DNA from: Hypanus sabinus
Lineage: Eukaryota
DNA: 64,000 nt
NCBI RefSeq assembly: GCF_030144855.1
Contig: NC_082721.1
Location: 32,550,001-32,614,000, forward strand
Direction: 5' to 3'
Of this stretch, positions 38,598 to 53,249 are shown in pieces. The position numbers and the translations under genes were made by a program. Positions within the stretch are counted from its first letter, which is position 1. Every line of letters starts with the position of its first letter. The notes under the pieces are model-generated. The model ran no database searches. It saw nothing but the letters and a program-made list of their open reading frames with translations, and had not been told where the DNA came from.

Positions 38598-40116
38598 GTC
38601 ACCCAATTTGTACTTGGTTTTCCACTGTATTGAAAAGCCCATGGTGAATACTGAATACAGTATACTGGATAGGAAGATGTCCAAGTGACTACCTTCTGCA
38701 CATAGAACTAATGGGTTCTAGAATGCTGGGAAGAGAAGAGTAGTAGGATAGGTGTTGTGTCTAGAGAAACTTCTTCAGCATTCCTGGAAGAGAAGTAGCC
38801 CTTAATAGTAAATTTAAATCAAAAACTGCCAGTTCTGAAACAAAGTGCAGAAGGCCATAGACAGATAGGTCAAATTTGGGGTGGGATAAAGAAATAAAAT
38901 GACAGGCAAACATGTTTGGAAAATTGAAATCTCCTTCCTTGCTTCAGCTGCATCCCATGTGGACCATGTGGCTTATCCACTTTAAGAGCAGTGAGCCTTT
39001 CCAGATCACCTCTTTAGCCCATCTGGAATCTCATCCGTATCTTTCATAGCTACGGCTGCAATGTCATCCTCCATGATCAAGACTGCTTCATTTAATGAGC
39101 TATCCATGTACCCTTGAGTTTTCCCTCTGGCCTCTGAATGGCCCCTTGTTCACTTACCTTTAGAATACTTTTAAGATTCCTTTTCAGATTTAATGCTAGC
39201 TTTTTCTCATGCACTCTTCTTTTCTCTAACTTCACCTCTTCAATATTCTCTGATCTTACTTACTTTAACAGTCTGGCTTCTGTCATCAACCTTTTCCTGT
39301 CTTTTTTTTATTCACTGTCTTCTTGATCATCTCAGGTGCTCTGTCCTTAATTTCTCACTTAAGCCCACCCATCTTCATAAACTTAGCACTTGAATAGGGA
39401 AGGGGAAGAGAGATACAAGTTTAATGCTGCAAATGGGTTTAGCTAGATAATGAGAGGTGGAGAAAGGTCTAGCTGGATTGCTTTTTCATTGAGCCATAGA
39501 GCTGGTACAGATTCAGATTTGCATTCATTTATTTATCACTTGTACATTAAAACATGCAACGAATGTGCGGTTTGCATTAACGACCAACACAACCTAAGGA
39601 TATGCTGGGGACAGCCTGCAAGTGTCCAGTGCAAACATAGCATGCCCACAGTGTTCATCTAAACACCACTACCACCACCAACAACAACAAAAACAACAAT
39701 ACAAAACAGAACACAGCAACAAGCCATAGTTGGCATGAGCAAAGCAAAAGGGCCCATTTCTTTCCTTTGTGTTTCAATGATTCTGTGATTCCATTTTCAT
39801 TATATTCTTAGCCTCACTAATCCCAGGTGAGTTCAGGGATGTTAGATTCCTTCCTTCAGCCAAAGTTCAACTGTCTTAACTGAAAAACAGCTTTGAATAA
39901 GGGAAAGGCTCCTACTTGAACCCAACTACTTAGAGCTAATGGTGAAGGAAACATGCATCTTTTATTTGTCCTCCCCTGTTCAAAAGGAACTGGCTGTTGC
40001 AACACTTACCAGATTTCCTATTTCTGCATCTTATTCGTCATCTGATAATCCAGTGCCAATTTCTGTTGAACATGTTGTAAATTAGATTGATTATTCAAGG
40101 GGCAGAGTCAGAATCC

Positions 40117-40405
40117 ACGGTAGTTCTACCACAATAGCGTAGGGTTAGTGCAATGCTATTACAGCTCAGGGTGTTGGAGTTCAATTCCGGCGTCTTCTGT
40201 AAGGAGTTCATACGTCTTCCCTGTGGAATGCGAGGATTTTCCCTGGGTGTCTGGTTTCCTCCCACAGTCCAAAGACCTACCGGGTAGGTTATGTGGTCAT
40301 TGTAAATTGTCCCGTGATTAGGCTAGAGTTAAATTGGGATTATTGTGGATTGCTGGGGTGGCAAAGCTCAAAGAGGAGAAAGGAACTACTCTACACTGTA
40401 TCGCA
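40117..40405 (+). mobile_element. V-domain (HE1-like) tRNA SINE
   Basis: B-box-like gagttcaattcc and V-domain ggtttcctcccacagtccaaagac. Confidence 0.8.
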
Positions 40406-41854
40406 AAATAAAAATTGCAACACAGTTTGATGGAATATTCCCTGTTGAAATATTAATCTGCTCTCCTTTCCTAGGTAATACCAGCCCTTCTACATGTTCC
40501 TTCTGTTTTGTTTCATCATCCTAAAATTTGTTATGAATTATTTTGTAATGGCAGCAAATCATTTTTCTAATGATGCTCTGGAAATAACATTTGAAATAGC
40601 ACATGCCTTTGAACAGAGAAGTTCCCTTTGTTTCACCCATTGCTCTTTCCCCATATTCACTGCTACCTAGATCGATTTGTTTCTAATGAGAGGTCCCTCA
40701 TCTCAAACATTATCTGTTTCTCTTTTCACAGATGCTGCCTGATCTGTAGGGTTATTCCAGCATTTTCTATTTTCTGTCTTTACAAGTGGGTTCAGTTTTT
40801 CTTCTCTATTTGTACAAGCCTTTTTTGTTGGGCAGGTCCCACAACTTTATCATTAACAGCAAATTACACAGAGAAAAAAGCTCCATTTAAGCCATTTTCA
40901 CCCTAACCAAGATATTCCCTTTATTCTACTGATACCTCCTCCACTTTCTGTCTTAGTGAAAATAAAATAGTTTCTCCCTTTTTCCCAGTTCTGACAAATG
41001 TGTGGACCTCAAATGTGTGTTCTCCTCTTTCCACAGATCTGCCTTTCCTGCAAAATTTTCTTATCATTTCCTGTTTTCATTTGAAATGGACCAATTTAGG
41101 ATTATAACTTGATGCTGGTACAATTTAATACTTGGTACCTAGACTAATGTAGGACTTACTTCACTCCTAGATGCCCGCTGGCTATTCTTTGGACTCTTGG
41201 AGGAAGAGTCCACTCACTGGTGTAATATATGATTAACACTTGGGGTCTCATTCAATAAAGTCCTCAATAATAGATTCAAAGTGGATTTATTATCAACAAA
41301 TGTATAAATTATATACCTTGAAATTCGTCTGCTTTCAAGCAGCCTCAAAGCAAGAAACCTGAATAATCAAATTCTAAAAAAAAGGTCAAAAACCACTGGG
41401 TGGAGAAAGAGAGAGAGAAAGAAACAGGCACATATGTAGACAATAGAGGCAAGTCAACAGCATCCCAAATCAGACTGAGTTCCAGATCCACTCCCTGAGC
41501 AGCCGGGGTAGGCCCAAGCCTCAGCACCTACTTCATCACACAGGCGGGCAGATGCACAGCAGCCAGATCAGTTCACAGCCTCAGCACCACGGAGAAAGTG
41601 ATAAACATTTACGGGAGAACAAGCAAAATCAGCCCAAGCTTCACCTCCGTACCCAACACTCGGGCTTCCGGTCTATCTGGGCCAACATTTAAATTGTCCA
41701 AGCAATGCACAAACTGAGGGTTCTGGATTTGATGTATGCATTATACCACATTAGTTCAATGCACTTTGCTTTTTTTATTATTAGCTTTGTCACATCTGCA
41801 TCGAATCCTACAGTGAAATGTGCTATTTGCATGAAATCAAATCATATCAGTGAG

Positions 41855-41990
41855 GATCACAAACAAGAGAAAATCTGCAGATGCTGGAAATCCAAGCAAC
41901 ACACACAAAATGCTGGAGGAATTCAGCAGGTCAGGCAGCATCTATTGAAAAAACTGCAGTCGACGTTTTGGGCCGAGTCCCTTCATCAGT
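41855..41990 (+). repeat. Short dispersed repeat (gatgctggaaatcc..ctcagcaggtcaggcagcatct), possibly Penelope-related; other copies near 6330, 7000, 19230, 20000, 28500-28650, 31985, 40730, 44250, 59450
   Basis: Recurs in both orientations across the window, often as inverted pairs; superfamily is inferred. Confidence 0.6.
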
Positions 41991-42404
41991 AAGGATGGTG
42001 CTGGGCAGCCAGCTAATATTGACATTCTTCCATGGCCGACATAGCACCAGGAAGAAACCATGCAGTTAAGGGGAAAATGTACAAACACCTTACTGATAGT
42101 GGTGGGAATTGAACCCCAATCTTATAGTCGCCACTGTTAAGTGTTGCACTAGCTGCCACACTACCGTGCTGCCAGTGTGATGGTGGATAAGAATAGTACA
42201 GTTGCCAGCAATCACCCTGAGGGTTGGAGAAAATTTAAGGGAGGATGAAATAAGACTCTGAGAAACCAATTTGTTTGCTATTTTCTTGAATCTGCAGCAA
42301 AGAGATGGTTAGATTTAGGCCAATAGTTTATGCTAAAACCCAGATGACACTACTCTCTTCTAATCCTTTCAGCATGCATTTCTGTTTCTTTGTTCATTGT
42401 GCTT

Positions 42405-43305
42405 AGGAGGGAGATTGAAAATCTGGCTGAGTAGGGCCACAACAAAACCTTTCACTCAATGCTAGCAAGACTTAGGAGTTAATTATTGACTACAGGAGGA
42501 GGAAACCAGGGGTCCATGAGCCAGTCCTCATTTGGGGATCAGAGGTGGAGAGGTCAGCAACTTTAAACTCCTTGATGCTGTTATTGCAGAGGACCTATCC
42601 TGAGTCTAGCACATAAGTGTAATTAGGAAGAAAGCATGGTAGCACCTGTAATTCCTTAGAAGTTTGCTAAGATTCAACACAACATCTAAAACTGACAAAC
42701 TTCTATAGATGTCTGGTGGAGAGTACATTGACTGGCTGCATCACAGCCTGGTATGGAAACACCAATGTCCTTAAACAGAAAAATCCACAAAAATTAATGG
42801 ATATGGCCCAGTCTGTAATAGGTAAAGCCCTCCCTGCAGTAAGCACATCTACACGGAGTGCAGTCACAGGAAAGCAGCATCCAGCCTCAATGACCCCCAC
42901 CACCCAGGACATGCTCTCCTGTCACTGCTGCCATCAGGAAGGAGGTACAGAGGCCTCAGGACCTTCACCATCACATTCAGGAATAGTTATTACCCCTCAA
43001 CCATCAGGCTCTTGAACCAATGGTGGTAACTTCACTTGCCCCATCACTGAACTGAACAACTTACGGGTTCACTTTCAAGGACTCTTCATTTAATGTTCTT
43101 GATATTTATCGCTTATTTATTCATTTACTTTTTATTTTGTCTGTGCATGTTTTCTTCTGCACATTGGTTGCTTGTTCTGTTGGGTGCGGTCTTTTAGTGG
43201 TTCTATTATGGCTCTTGGATTTATTGAGTATTCCTGCAAGAAAACAAATCTCAGAGTTGTACACAGTGACATGTATGTACTTTGATAATAAACTTACTTT
43301 GAATT
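42405..43305 (+). mobile_element. Rex1/Babar LINE 3' portion
   Basis: EIENLAE.. and ESTLTGCITAWYGN; same family as 1160-1445. Confidence 0.8.
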
Positions 43306-45579
43306 TTATTTACTTTCTCTTGAAATATATTTATACAATTCACCTCAGATACTTCAAGTTCCACGTTTTAAATATTTTGGGATGAAGTAAAGCAATAGGA
43401 AGTTTACAACTAATGAAGATTGTTGTCAGGCAACTTTCTAATCGCGCAGCTGTTATATTTCCTGCTGTACATGTTAATAAAAAGCAATTTCAATCTATAG
43501 CAGACACATTGTGACCTCTGACAGGATGGAGGCAGAGGTTTGCCTAGCCAGTCTTCCTGTATTTTAGTATCAGTTAATCCCAGGCTGTCTATTAGATTGC
43601 AGTTTTCTTTGGTATCACTGGCATTGTGTTAGTATCTTCAGAAGTCATTCATGTGTGCCCATGGTTTTATCAGTAATTTTTGCTGAGACTAAAATAAATA
43701 AACCTCCTTTCACATTTTTCCTGCTAGTCTCACAAGTATTCGCATTTTGTGGTATCTCAGTTAGCCAGGCAAACTCCATGCATAAAGTTAGACAGTCTTG
43801 ACAGGTTTTTTAACCATAGAGGCCCCATAGCCGAGCCTAGTTGTACAGAATGTTGCTGCAAACATTTTCCACTGGTTTGTTACAGGATAGTATTTACGGC
43901 AAGGAGCCTGGTTGCTGTTCCCTTCCTTCATTTGGATTGGCAGAAGTGAAATGTTGCTAAAATGCCTCAGTTCAGAGCATAATTTTTAATGGCAAGCAAG
44001 ATGGCACACCCAACATCTCCATCCCCTGACTTCCCACTGAACCTCTGGAGGAGCTCAAACTGTTCATGTGGCTCCTTGAAGTAAATGCATGTCACAAATT
44101 ATCCTGCATAAGAGGTAGAAGCAACGGTAGGCTATTTGGCCCCTTGGGCCCATTCTGCCATTCACGTCTTGACATATCTTTTGCCTCAGTACCACTTTTC
44201 TTCACTAACCCAGTGCCTCCTCACTGTGTTAAGAAATCTGTAACATGGGAGATTCTGCAGATGCTGGAAACCCTGAGCAACGCATACAAAATACTAAAGG
44301 AACTCAGCAAGTCAGACAGGATCTGTGGAGGGGATGTTTTGGGCCAAGATACTGTCAGAAATCTGTAATTTATGGAGGATGTAGGCACTGACAAAAATCT
44401 AACCTACTAATGAATCGCCAGCTTTATGAGAAGCAGCACCTGTACTCAAGTACACATTGTCTGGGGGTACCTATACCCAGTGCAAGACAGCACTCTGATC
44501 ACCTGTAATGTGTGTCAGCAACTGGGAACAGCTAGCATCTAAGGAGTCTGTTTCCTAGTGATAATCAGCACATAGTGAGCACATTTTCAAAGGGAGCTCA
44601 AGCCCTTAGAGCTTGTACTCCTTTGAGAATCAGCACCTGAGGAACCTTTGGTAGATTGAGAGTGAACGTGCGGGGAATGAACCCCCTAGTAAGAGTCAGC
44701 ACTCAGGAAACCTGTAGTTCAGGGAGACCCAGCTCTGCAGGGGAGCTGCTTCTAAAATGATTCAGCAAAGTGGAATATGGAGTGGGCAAGTGCAGAAAGA
44801 GATGAGACATTCTGTCTTTGTATAACTGTGCATGTTTGTCTACGGTTCTGTGCACAGTACTAATCGAGATGGGGAAAGGGTGTAAACGCAGAATGAATTG
44901 ACTGGGGAAAAGGAAGGGAAAGCGGGAAAATTAAAAAGGCTCTGCAAATGAACTAATTAGTACAGGGAGATAACTGCTTACAAAATCTCTGGAGGAAAAG
45001 CAAAGGATGAAATCCTCTTTCTGCCATGTGTCTTTTTCTGATGTCTGCTCATGCAGAAGTCGCATTTGCAATTTTCCTGTTGTGCTTTTATTTTGCTGAA
45101 CCTGGAAACTGATTCAAGTATAACCTGTCAATTTTGTGTTTTGTGTATGTTCTGTACCCAACGTCTTCAACAAAACTTTCTTTGTAAAGGGATTAGAAAT
45201 GGAGGTCATCTTGGTACAGTTTACAAAAGGGTAAATCGAAGGAGAAGTAATTTCAAGTAATTCCAGCATCATTCTGAAAGGAATCAGCATTCTCAAATGA
45301 GTACAATGGGTCAGGTTTGTGGCCAGCTTCCATGTCCAAATAGGGAAGTGGGTTATGGATAACAGGTAAAATCCCCAAGGAGTAAGAATGGCATTCCACA
45401 GATGAAGCCTGATGACTCATGTAGTTACCAGCAGCAGGTGACAGAACTGTGGCAAGGGTTTGGCAGCAGGTATCCCCTTACAGAATTAACTGCATGAAGG
45501 GAGATGAGAAGATTGTGCAGCTGTGAATGATGCAGTCAATCATTCTACCGTGGATTTACTGAAATGTGTCATGCTGTAA

Positions 45580-45801
<222 letters not shown>

Positions 45802-45968
45802 TGAGGACCTTCTTTTGTTCATGTCTTTCTCTGCTTTGTCTCCCTATATTCTTAGGCCAAGGCCTACTTTGTTTCCACAATTATCAGTGAACTTTCCAGA
45901 CTTCTCTGATGCCTTTGTATACCCAATTTACAGGAAATCAAAGAAGGTTAGCTTAAGTATATACTTCT

Positions 45969-47940
45969 TGAGAGATAGGGCAGTGACAGGGGACTCTATA
46001 GTTAGAGGGTCAGATGGACGATTCTGTGCACCCAGGAAAGAAATGCGGATGGTAATTTACCTCCAAGGTGCCGGGGTCCAGGATGTTTCTGATCGCATCC
46101 ATGACATCTTGAAGTGGGAGGGAGAACAGCCAGAGGTCGTGGTACATATTGGTACCAACGGCATAGGTAGGAAAAGAGAGGAGGGCCTAGAAAAAGACTA
46201 CAGGGAGTTAGGAAAGAAGTTGAGAAGCAGGATTTTAAGGGTAGTAATCTTGGGATTACTGCCTGTACCACGTGACAGTGAGTATAGGAATAGAATGAGT
46301 TGGAGGATAAATGCGTGGCTGAGGGATTGGAGCAGGGGGCAGGGATTCAGATTTCTGGATCATTGGGACCTCTTCTGGGGCAGGTGTGACCTATACAAAA
46401 AGGACGGGTTGCACTTTAATCCGAGGGAGATTTGCTAAGGCTACTGGGGAGAGTTTAAACAAAAATTGCTGGGGGTGGTAACTGAAGTGATGAAGGGAAA
46501 TATTGGCTCACAAATAAGGGTTGGAGACAGTGCAAAAGGAAGGATAGGCAGGTGATAGAGAAGGAATACGTTCAGTCCGATGGTTTGAGATGTGTCTATT
46601 TTAATGTAAGGAGTATCATGAATAAAGTGGATGAGCCTAGAGCGTGGATCAGCACTTGGAGCAATGATGTCATGGCCATTACAGAGACCTAGATGGTGCA
46701 GGGGCAGGAATGGCTACTTCAAGCGCCAGGCTTTAGATGTTTCAGAAAGGACAGGGAGGGAGGCAAAAGAGGTGAGCCGTTGCACTGTTGATCAGGGATA
46801 GTGTCACGGCTGCAGAAAAGGAGGAAGTCATGGAGGGATTGTCTACGAAGTCTCTGTGGGTAGAAGTTAGCAATAGGAAGGAGTCAATAACTCTACTGGG
46901 TGTTTTTATAGACCACCCAATAGTAACAGGGACATCAAGGAGCAGACAGGGAGAAATATTCTGGAAAGGTGCAATAATAACAGGGTTGTCGTGGTGGGAG
47001 ATTTTAATTTCCCACATATCGATTGGCATGTCCCTAGAGTGAGGGGTATAGATGGGGTGGAGTTTGTTAGGTGTCTTCTGGGACCCCTACTCTTTGTGAT
47101 TTTTATAAATGACCTGAATGAGGAAGTGGAGGGATGGGTTAGTAAACTTGCTGATGACACAAAGATTGGGTGTGTTGTGGATAGTGTGGAGGACTGTCAG
47201 ACGTTACAACAGGGCATTGATAGGATGCAGAACTGGGCTGAAAAGTGGCAGATGGAGTTCAACCCAAATGAGTGTGAGGTGGTTCATTTGGTAGGTCAAA
47301 TATGATGGCAGAATATAGTATTAATGGTAAGACTCTTGGCAGTGTGGAGGATCAGAGGAATCTTGGGGTCCGAGTCCATAGGACACTCAAAACTGCTGCA
47401 CAGACTGACTGTGGTTAAGAAGGCATATGGTGCATTGGCCTTCATCTATAGGAAAGATGTGGAAACCATAAAAAGTTTGCAGAGGAAATTTACAAGGATG
47501 TTGTCTGGATTGGGGAGCATGCCTTATGAGAATAGGTTGAGTGAACTCAGCCTTTTCTCCTTGGAGCGACGGAGGATGAGAGGTGACTTGATAGAGGTGT
47601 ACAAGATAATGAGAGTCATTGATCATGTGGATAGTCAGAGGCTTTTCCCCGGGGCTGACCTGCATGAGAGGGCATAGTTTTAAGGTGCTTAGAAGTAGGT
47701 ACAGAAATGTCAGGGATACATTTTTTACGCACAGAGTGGTGAGTGCATGGAATGGGCTGCCAGCGGCGGTGGTAGAGGTGGAAACGCTAAGGTCTTTTAA
47801 GAGACTCCTGGATGGCTGCATGGAGCTTAGAAGAATAGAGGGCTATGGGTAAAGCCTAGGTAGTTCTAAGGTAGGGACATGTTTGGCACAGCTTTGTGGG
47901 CCTAAGGGCCTGTATGGTGCTGTAGGTTTTCTGTTTCTAT
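45969..47940 (+). mobile_element. CR1 family A: ORF1 SGNH esterase domain + endonuclease, internally deleted into the RT C-terminus and 3' UTR
   Basis: GDSIVRG, HIGTN, DGLHFN (ORF1); VVGDFNFPHIDW (EN) joined to LGPLLFVIFINDL at ~47075. Confidence 0.92.
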
Positions 47941-48199
47941 AGCATAGCTCTGGTGTCCCAAGAGCTCTCCAACCAGGAAGGAGAATGACATACATTAACA
48001 TAGAGAACTGCCTAGCCTTTGGGACTGCTCCTCCTACCTGTAGTGATTGCCCAGTTAGGTTTCTGTTGAAGCAAGAATATTATAGAACTCTTCATTTCAA
48101 AAACAATCTGAGTATTCTGGTTGGGGCCATTAGCTGACCAATGGATGATTGAAGTGAAACAGAATTGGTGAGATTGGGCTGGGCTTTTAAGGTTCAGGG

Positions 48200-48800
48200 C
48201 TCAGATTAAGATAAGGTTGTTTAGTGTCATATCCAGTAGATAAGTGTAAAACAGAACAAAATAATTATTACTCTGGATCCAATGCAGCACAAAAAAAAAT
48301 TAAAAATATAAATACATAACTTAGATACATAGACTGTATGTACATAAAGTGATGATCAGCCCTACTGCTTGGGAAAAGTAACTGTATTTGAGTTGATCTT
48401 GGTGTGGCTGTTACGTAGCCTCCTCACTGATGAGAGTGGGGCAAACAGGCCAGGGTGGGTTGGATCATTCATGATATGGCTGGCCTTTTCTCTAGCACCT
48501 GTCTGAAAATACATCCTTGATAGCGGATGGGGAGGTGTTGGGCAATTTTGACTACCTGTTGTAGAGCCTTCTTGTCTGTGTTTCCATACCTCACAGTGGT
48601 GCAGCTTGTCAGGATGCTATCCACTGCACTTCCCTAGGTCATGAGGATTGATGTGTATAATCCAGCTCACTTCAGAAAGTAGAGGCATTGGTGAGCTTTC
48701 TTGATTGGGTAGAATGTGTTCTGGGACCATAAGAGGTTACCAGAGTTGTACACTCCCAGGAAATTAAAACTGTTCAGTGTCCACTGCGATGTAAAGAGGG
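48200..48800 (-). mobile_element. Decayed Rex1/Babar-like LINE 3' fragment
   Basis: Reverse complement resembles the 42700-43000 region (ILTSCTTV..YGN). Confidence 0.55.
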
Positions 48801-49930
48801 GTGACAAATCAGAGTTGATAAATTGGGCGATCTAGTGTTTTCAAATGAGAGAGAGTTGGGAGAATTTAGGTGAAATCACTTTGCAGGGAATAACATTCTT
48901 TGATGCCCTTAGGCTATAGAATTTGCTATTGCTCAGGGCAGGACCCATTATAAAATGGCTGGAGTGAATGAGAAAGTTGATTATTACATTTCACTTGGTC
49001 CAAGTGCATTTTCTGCCACAAAAATGAAAAATAGGAATGCATGATTGATTTTCTAGGCAGGGCTTCACAGGATCAGTTTTTTTTAAGATCTAACTTTCAC
49101 GGGTATAGCTCTGTAAATGTTAAATGCTGGTCATTCTTCCATACTTGGTCTTGCTGGGTTCAACATCTCTGATATTTAATATTGGGGTACAGGTTCATAG
49201 ACTGTTACTGGAACACATATTCTTGAGCTTCAAGCTTCACACTTTCTCTAGAGGTATAGGTTTCCAGACCCAATCTCACTGGGGTACAGGTCCTCTAGCA
49301 AGGTGCCTTGGGAGTACAAGTTTGAGGATGCTGTCTTTTGGTCAAGGTCCTTAAAACTGTAGCAATGATATTGTTTCATGGACAGCATCTCATGAGGTGC
49401 AGATTCCAGGATACGGCCCAAGCTGGAGAATAAATATGGCCCTTCACAAAGCTTCAGGTTGCTGGATACACTCTCTGGCTGGGAACCAGGTCTCCAACTG
49501 AGATACAGACCCCTGTGAATTGTCTTTTATATGTTTATGGGGGTCTCAAATGTTTTTGCAACAAGAGAAAAAATTCCTGGATATTTTCCCTCACTGGGAA
49601 TAAGTCCGGCTACTGTCTCTTGCTAGAGTGCAGGGTTTCTTTCTCATTGGGGGATAGGTACCCAGATATTGGAATATACCCAAAGCCTACATCCTACTGG
49701 GGTACTGGTCCCAGATCCCATTAGTCACAGAGGTAAAGTACTTTGATTATTGTCTTAGGCTAGAATATATGGACGGATGTCATCTGCCTTGTGTTCTGTT
49801 TTGTCTGTGGGGTATGAACGTCTGTGGGGTATGAACTGTTAATTTCCTGTAGGGTGGACAGCACCAGAGGCAGACTTGAAAAAAAAATAGCTTATTTATT
49901 TGTTTCATCCCAACTCAGCATGAAAACTGA

Positions 49931-50191
<261 letters not shown>

Positions 50192-50399
50192 TGAAAGCTA
50201 TCTAAAACCATCCTCCACCCAGCAGGGGAAGTTAGGACATTTTATTAGACCATTTCATTCACTTGCTGCTTCCTCTTTCTCTATTTCTGGTAACAGCATT
50301 TCTTATGATGTTGTAAGAGGCGTCCCACTGAGTCTATGTCAGCTCTCAAAACAGTTCCTCAATGGTGTTTTTCCCCACTTATTTCCCCGCAATCCCTTC

Positions 50400-50610
50400 T
50401 CTACCATGTCCCCACTGATTCATCTACACTCATCCACTTTAAGGATATCAGTTAATTAACAATATCAACATATCTTTTAGATATGGAAAGGAAACAGGAG
50501 CACGAAAACCCACATGGTAACAGGAAGAATGTGCAAAGCCCAAGGTTAGGATTAAACTCAAGTCACTTAAGCTGTGTGTTAGCAGCACCAACCTTTATGC
50601 CATAGTGCCA
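50400..50610 (-). mobile_element. V-domain SINE, decayed
   Basis: ggaaacaggagcac..acccacatggtaacaggaagaatgtgcaaa is the reverse V-domain. Confidence 0.6.
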
Positions 50611-51197
50611 CCTAGCATTACACCTGCTTTATTGATGTGCTGATGCACCTTGGGCATATGCATGCTGCAGCATTGACACAGTAAATGATTTCCCTGTTTT
50701 CCTCAAAGAAATTTGTTTTCCATCTTTATGGGAATTCTGAGGTTTCCCTTCTAAGGTCTGAGTGATGGGTTGTCCAATTGTTTGCTCAGCTGTTGCCAGC
50801 AATAAATAAAAGGAAATAGGATCATAATGCCCAGAATTTTAAACTGTGTATAAACACCATGCTTGATTCTAATGATTAAATTGAATTATGTATTACTCAG
50901 TTCAAAATATCTAATGAAAAGTTAAAGGGTGAATTGAGAGGCCACTGATAGAAAACTTGAGTTTTCTTCTGCATTGAACATTTCTAGTTTTCACCCATAA
51001 TTTGTAATGTTTGTGTTGCAACAAATTTACAATGGACAATAAATGAAACAGACAGAGATATGACAAACAGGAAATTAATGTTAAGTTTTCATTTTCTCTC
51101 AGTACTTGAATGGAATCATACTTCATTCTAAATTTCCTCTCCTTCATTTGAAACATGAGCTATACTGATAAACCCTGTGTAAAAGGATTTCTCTTGA

Positions 51198-51419
<222 letters not shown>

Positions 51420-51686
51420 TGAATCAAGTATCTACACTGTGAACTAAATCCAAAAGAAATCGGAATGAAATAGAATACTAAATTTTCAATCAAAATGGGA
51501 GGTCTACTACTTGAGGTTAAAATAGAAAAATGAATTATGCCCTTCAGTGCTTTCTACCATCAATGTTTTGAGTTAGAAATCCTTAATCAGACCATTAGTA
51601 GTCTTTCAATGTTCATACTGACAGGACGAAAATCTACTTATATAAGGAGTTGGGTTCAATGTGATTAACATTATTTTCTTTTACAG

Positions 51687-51829
51687 AAATTTACCGCATT
51701 GTTTCTCAGAAGCAAATCTCAGACCGGATGGCACACGAAACACCTGGCAGTGATGTGGTTGAGATTGATGTGCCCCCAACAAGTGATGGGCAGAAATCTA
51801 GTAAACTGCAGTGTTGTCAGAATATGTGA
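51687..51829 (+). CDS. RAB11B: Rab11b exon 5 ([47 protein letters not shown])
   Basis: Acceptor ttttacag; hypervariable tail (VPPTxDGQK..KLQCCQN) is Rab11b-like; total 217 aa with CCXXX prenylation motif. Confidence 0.92.
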
Positions 51830-52315
51830 CCCACTTATTTGTTCTAATTCCCCACCCCAGCCTGTCCATTGTCGTGTGTTTGGAACATTTAAGTCCAACC
51901 ATTGAACAATTTTATTTTGTTTTGCTGTTACCATAAGCAGCAAATAATTGCCTGAAATGTACAGGTGTTTGCTCAATGCCAACAGACAAGTTGCCACTAA
52001 TTTAACCAGCCTCTAACTCTCAGCTGAGAGTAAAGAAACGGAGGCAAGCTGACAAAGTTTTCCATGGCATTCTACAGCCTGGATGATGGAAGGAAAGCCT
52101 TGCCTGTTTGCATCTCCAAAGACCTTAGAGAGGTGACCGGGTACAATCTCATTCCAGTTCCAAATGGTTCTGGATCCACAGCACAAACCTGGAATAATTT
52201 AGGACAAATTCAATTTCAGTTCATTTGAAGTGATTTAAGAGAAAATATTTAAGCAGAGATGAAATATTTGTTCTACTAAAGAACATCTGCTGTTTTATAG
52301 TAAATACAATTAAAA

Positions 52316-52321
52316 AATAAA
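52316..52321 (+). terminator. Probable RAB11B polyadenylation signal
   Basis: AATAAA preceded by ATTAAA and followed by GT-rich gcgtgtttgggctgtttctg. Confidence 0.65.
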
Positions 52322-52566
52322 TGTTAAGTTCCAGCAGCGTGTTTGGGCTGTTTCTGCATTTCCCTGCATAGCCGTTCTTTAATGTCCCGATGGTTATTTA
52401 AGTGCAAAATAATAAGACCATCCCAACCATGTTCAGCCAGGAATACTAAGTAGATGATCAGTTTCTTCTGGAAAATTTCACTGTCAAACAAGCCAGTCTT
52501 CCATCAGTTTGATGTACTCCCTTTGATAGCAGGAAATAGATGAGAGTACTCAGGTACTGATATATA

Positions 52567-53038
52567 GACTCAGTGACAACTTTAATAGGTGCAGGAGTGG
52601 AACCCGATGTGGTCTTCTGCCATTGTAGCCCATCCACTTAAAAGTTTCATCGTGTTGTGCATTCAGGGTTGCTCTTCCACTCACCACTATTGTAACACTT
52701 AGTTGTTTGAGTTACAGTCACCTTCCTGTCAGCTTGAACCATTCTCTTTTGACCTCTCTCATTAACAAGGGATCTTTGACCACAGAACTGCCAGTTAATG
52801 GATGCTTTTTGTTGTGTGTGAAAATCCAAGGAGATTAACAGTTTATGAAATACTCAAACCACCCTATCTGACACCAACAATCATTCCATCGTCAAAGTCA
52901 CTTTGATCACGTTTTCCCCCATTTTTGACTATGTCTGCATACATTTATGCATTGAGTTTCTGCTGCATGATTGGCTGATTAGATATTTGTATTAACAAAT
53001 GGGTGTTCACATGCACCTAATAAAGTGGTCACTGAGTG
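52567..53038 (-). mobile_element. Tc1-like deletion derivative
   Basis: TA-flanked TIRs; minus-strand remnant LVNERGQKRMVQADRKVTVTQ of a Tc1 transposase. Confidence 0.8.
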
Positions 53039-53249
53039 TATAGCAAAGGCTATGGGACCAAGCAACATCCCATCATTAATATTGAAGGCTTGCATTCCAA
53101 AGCACACATTTCCAATACAGTTACAACAGTGGCATTTACCTATCAATCTAGAAAATTGTCCAACTATGTCCTCTCCGCAAAAAATGCAAGACAAATACAG
53201 TCTGGCAAATATCACCCAATGAATCGGTCTGTCCTGATACATCAGCAAA

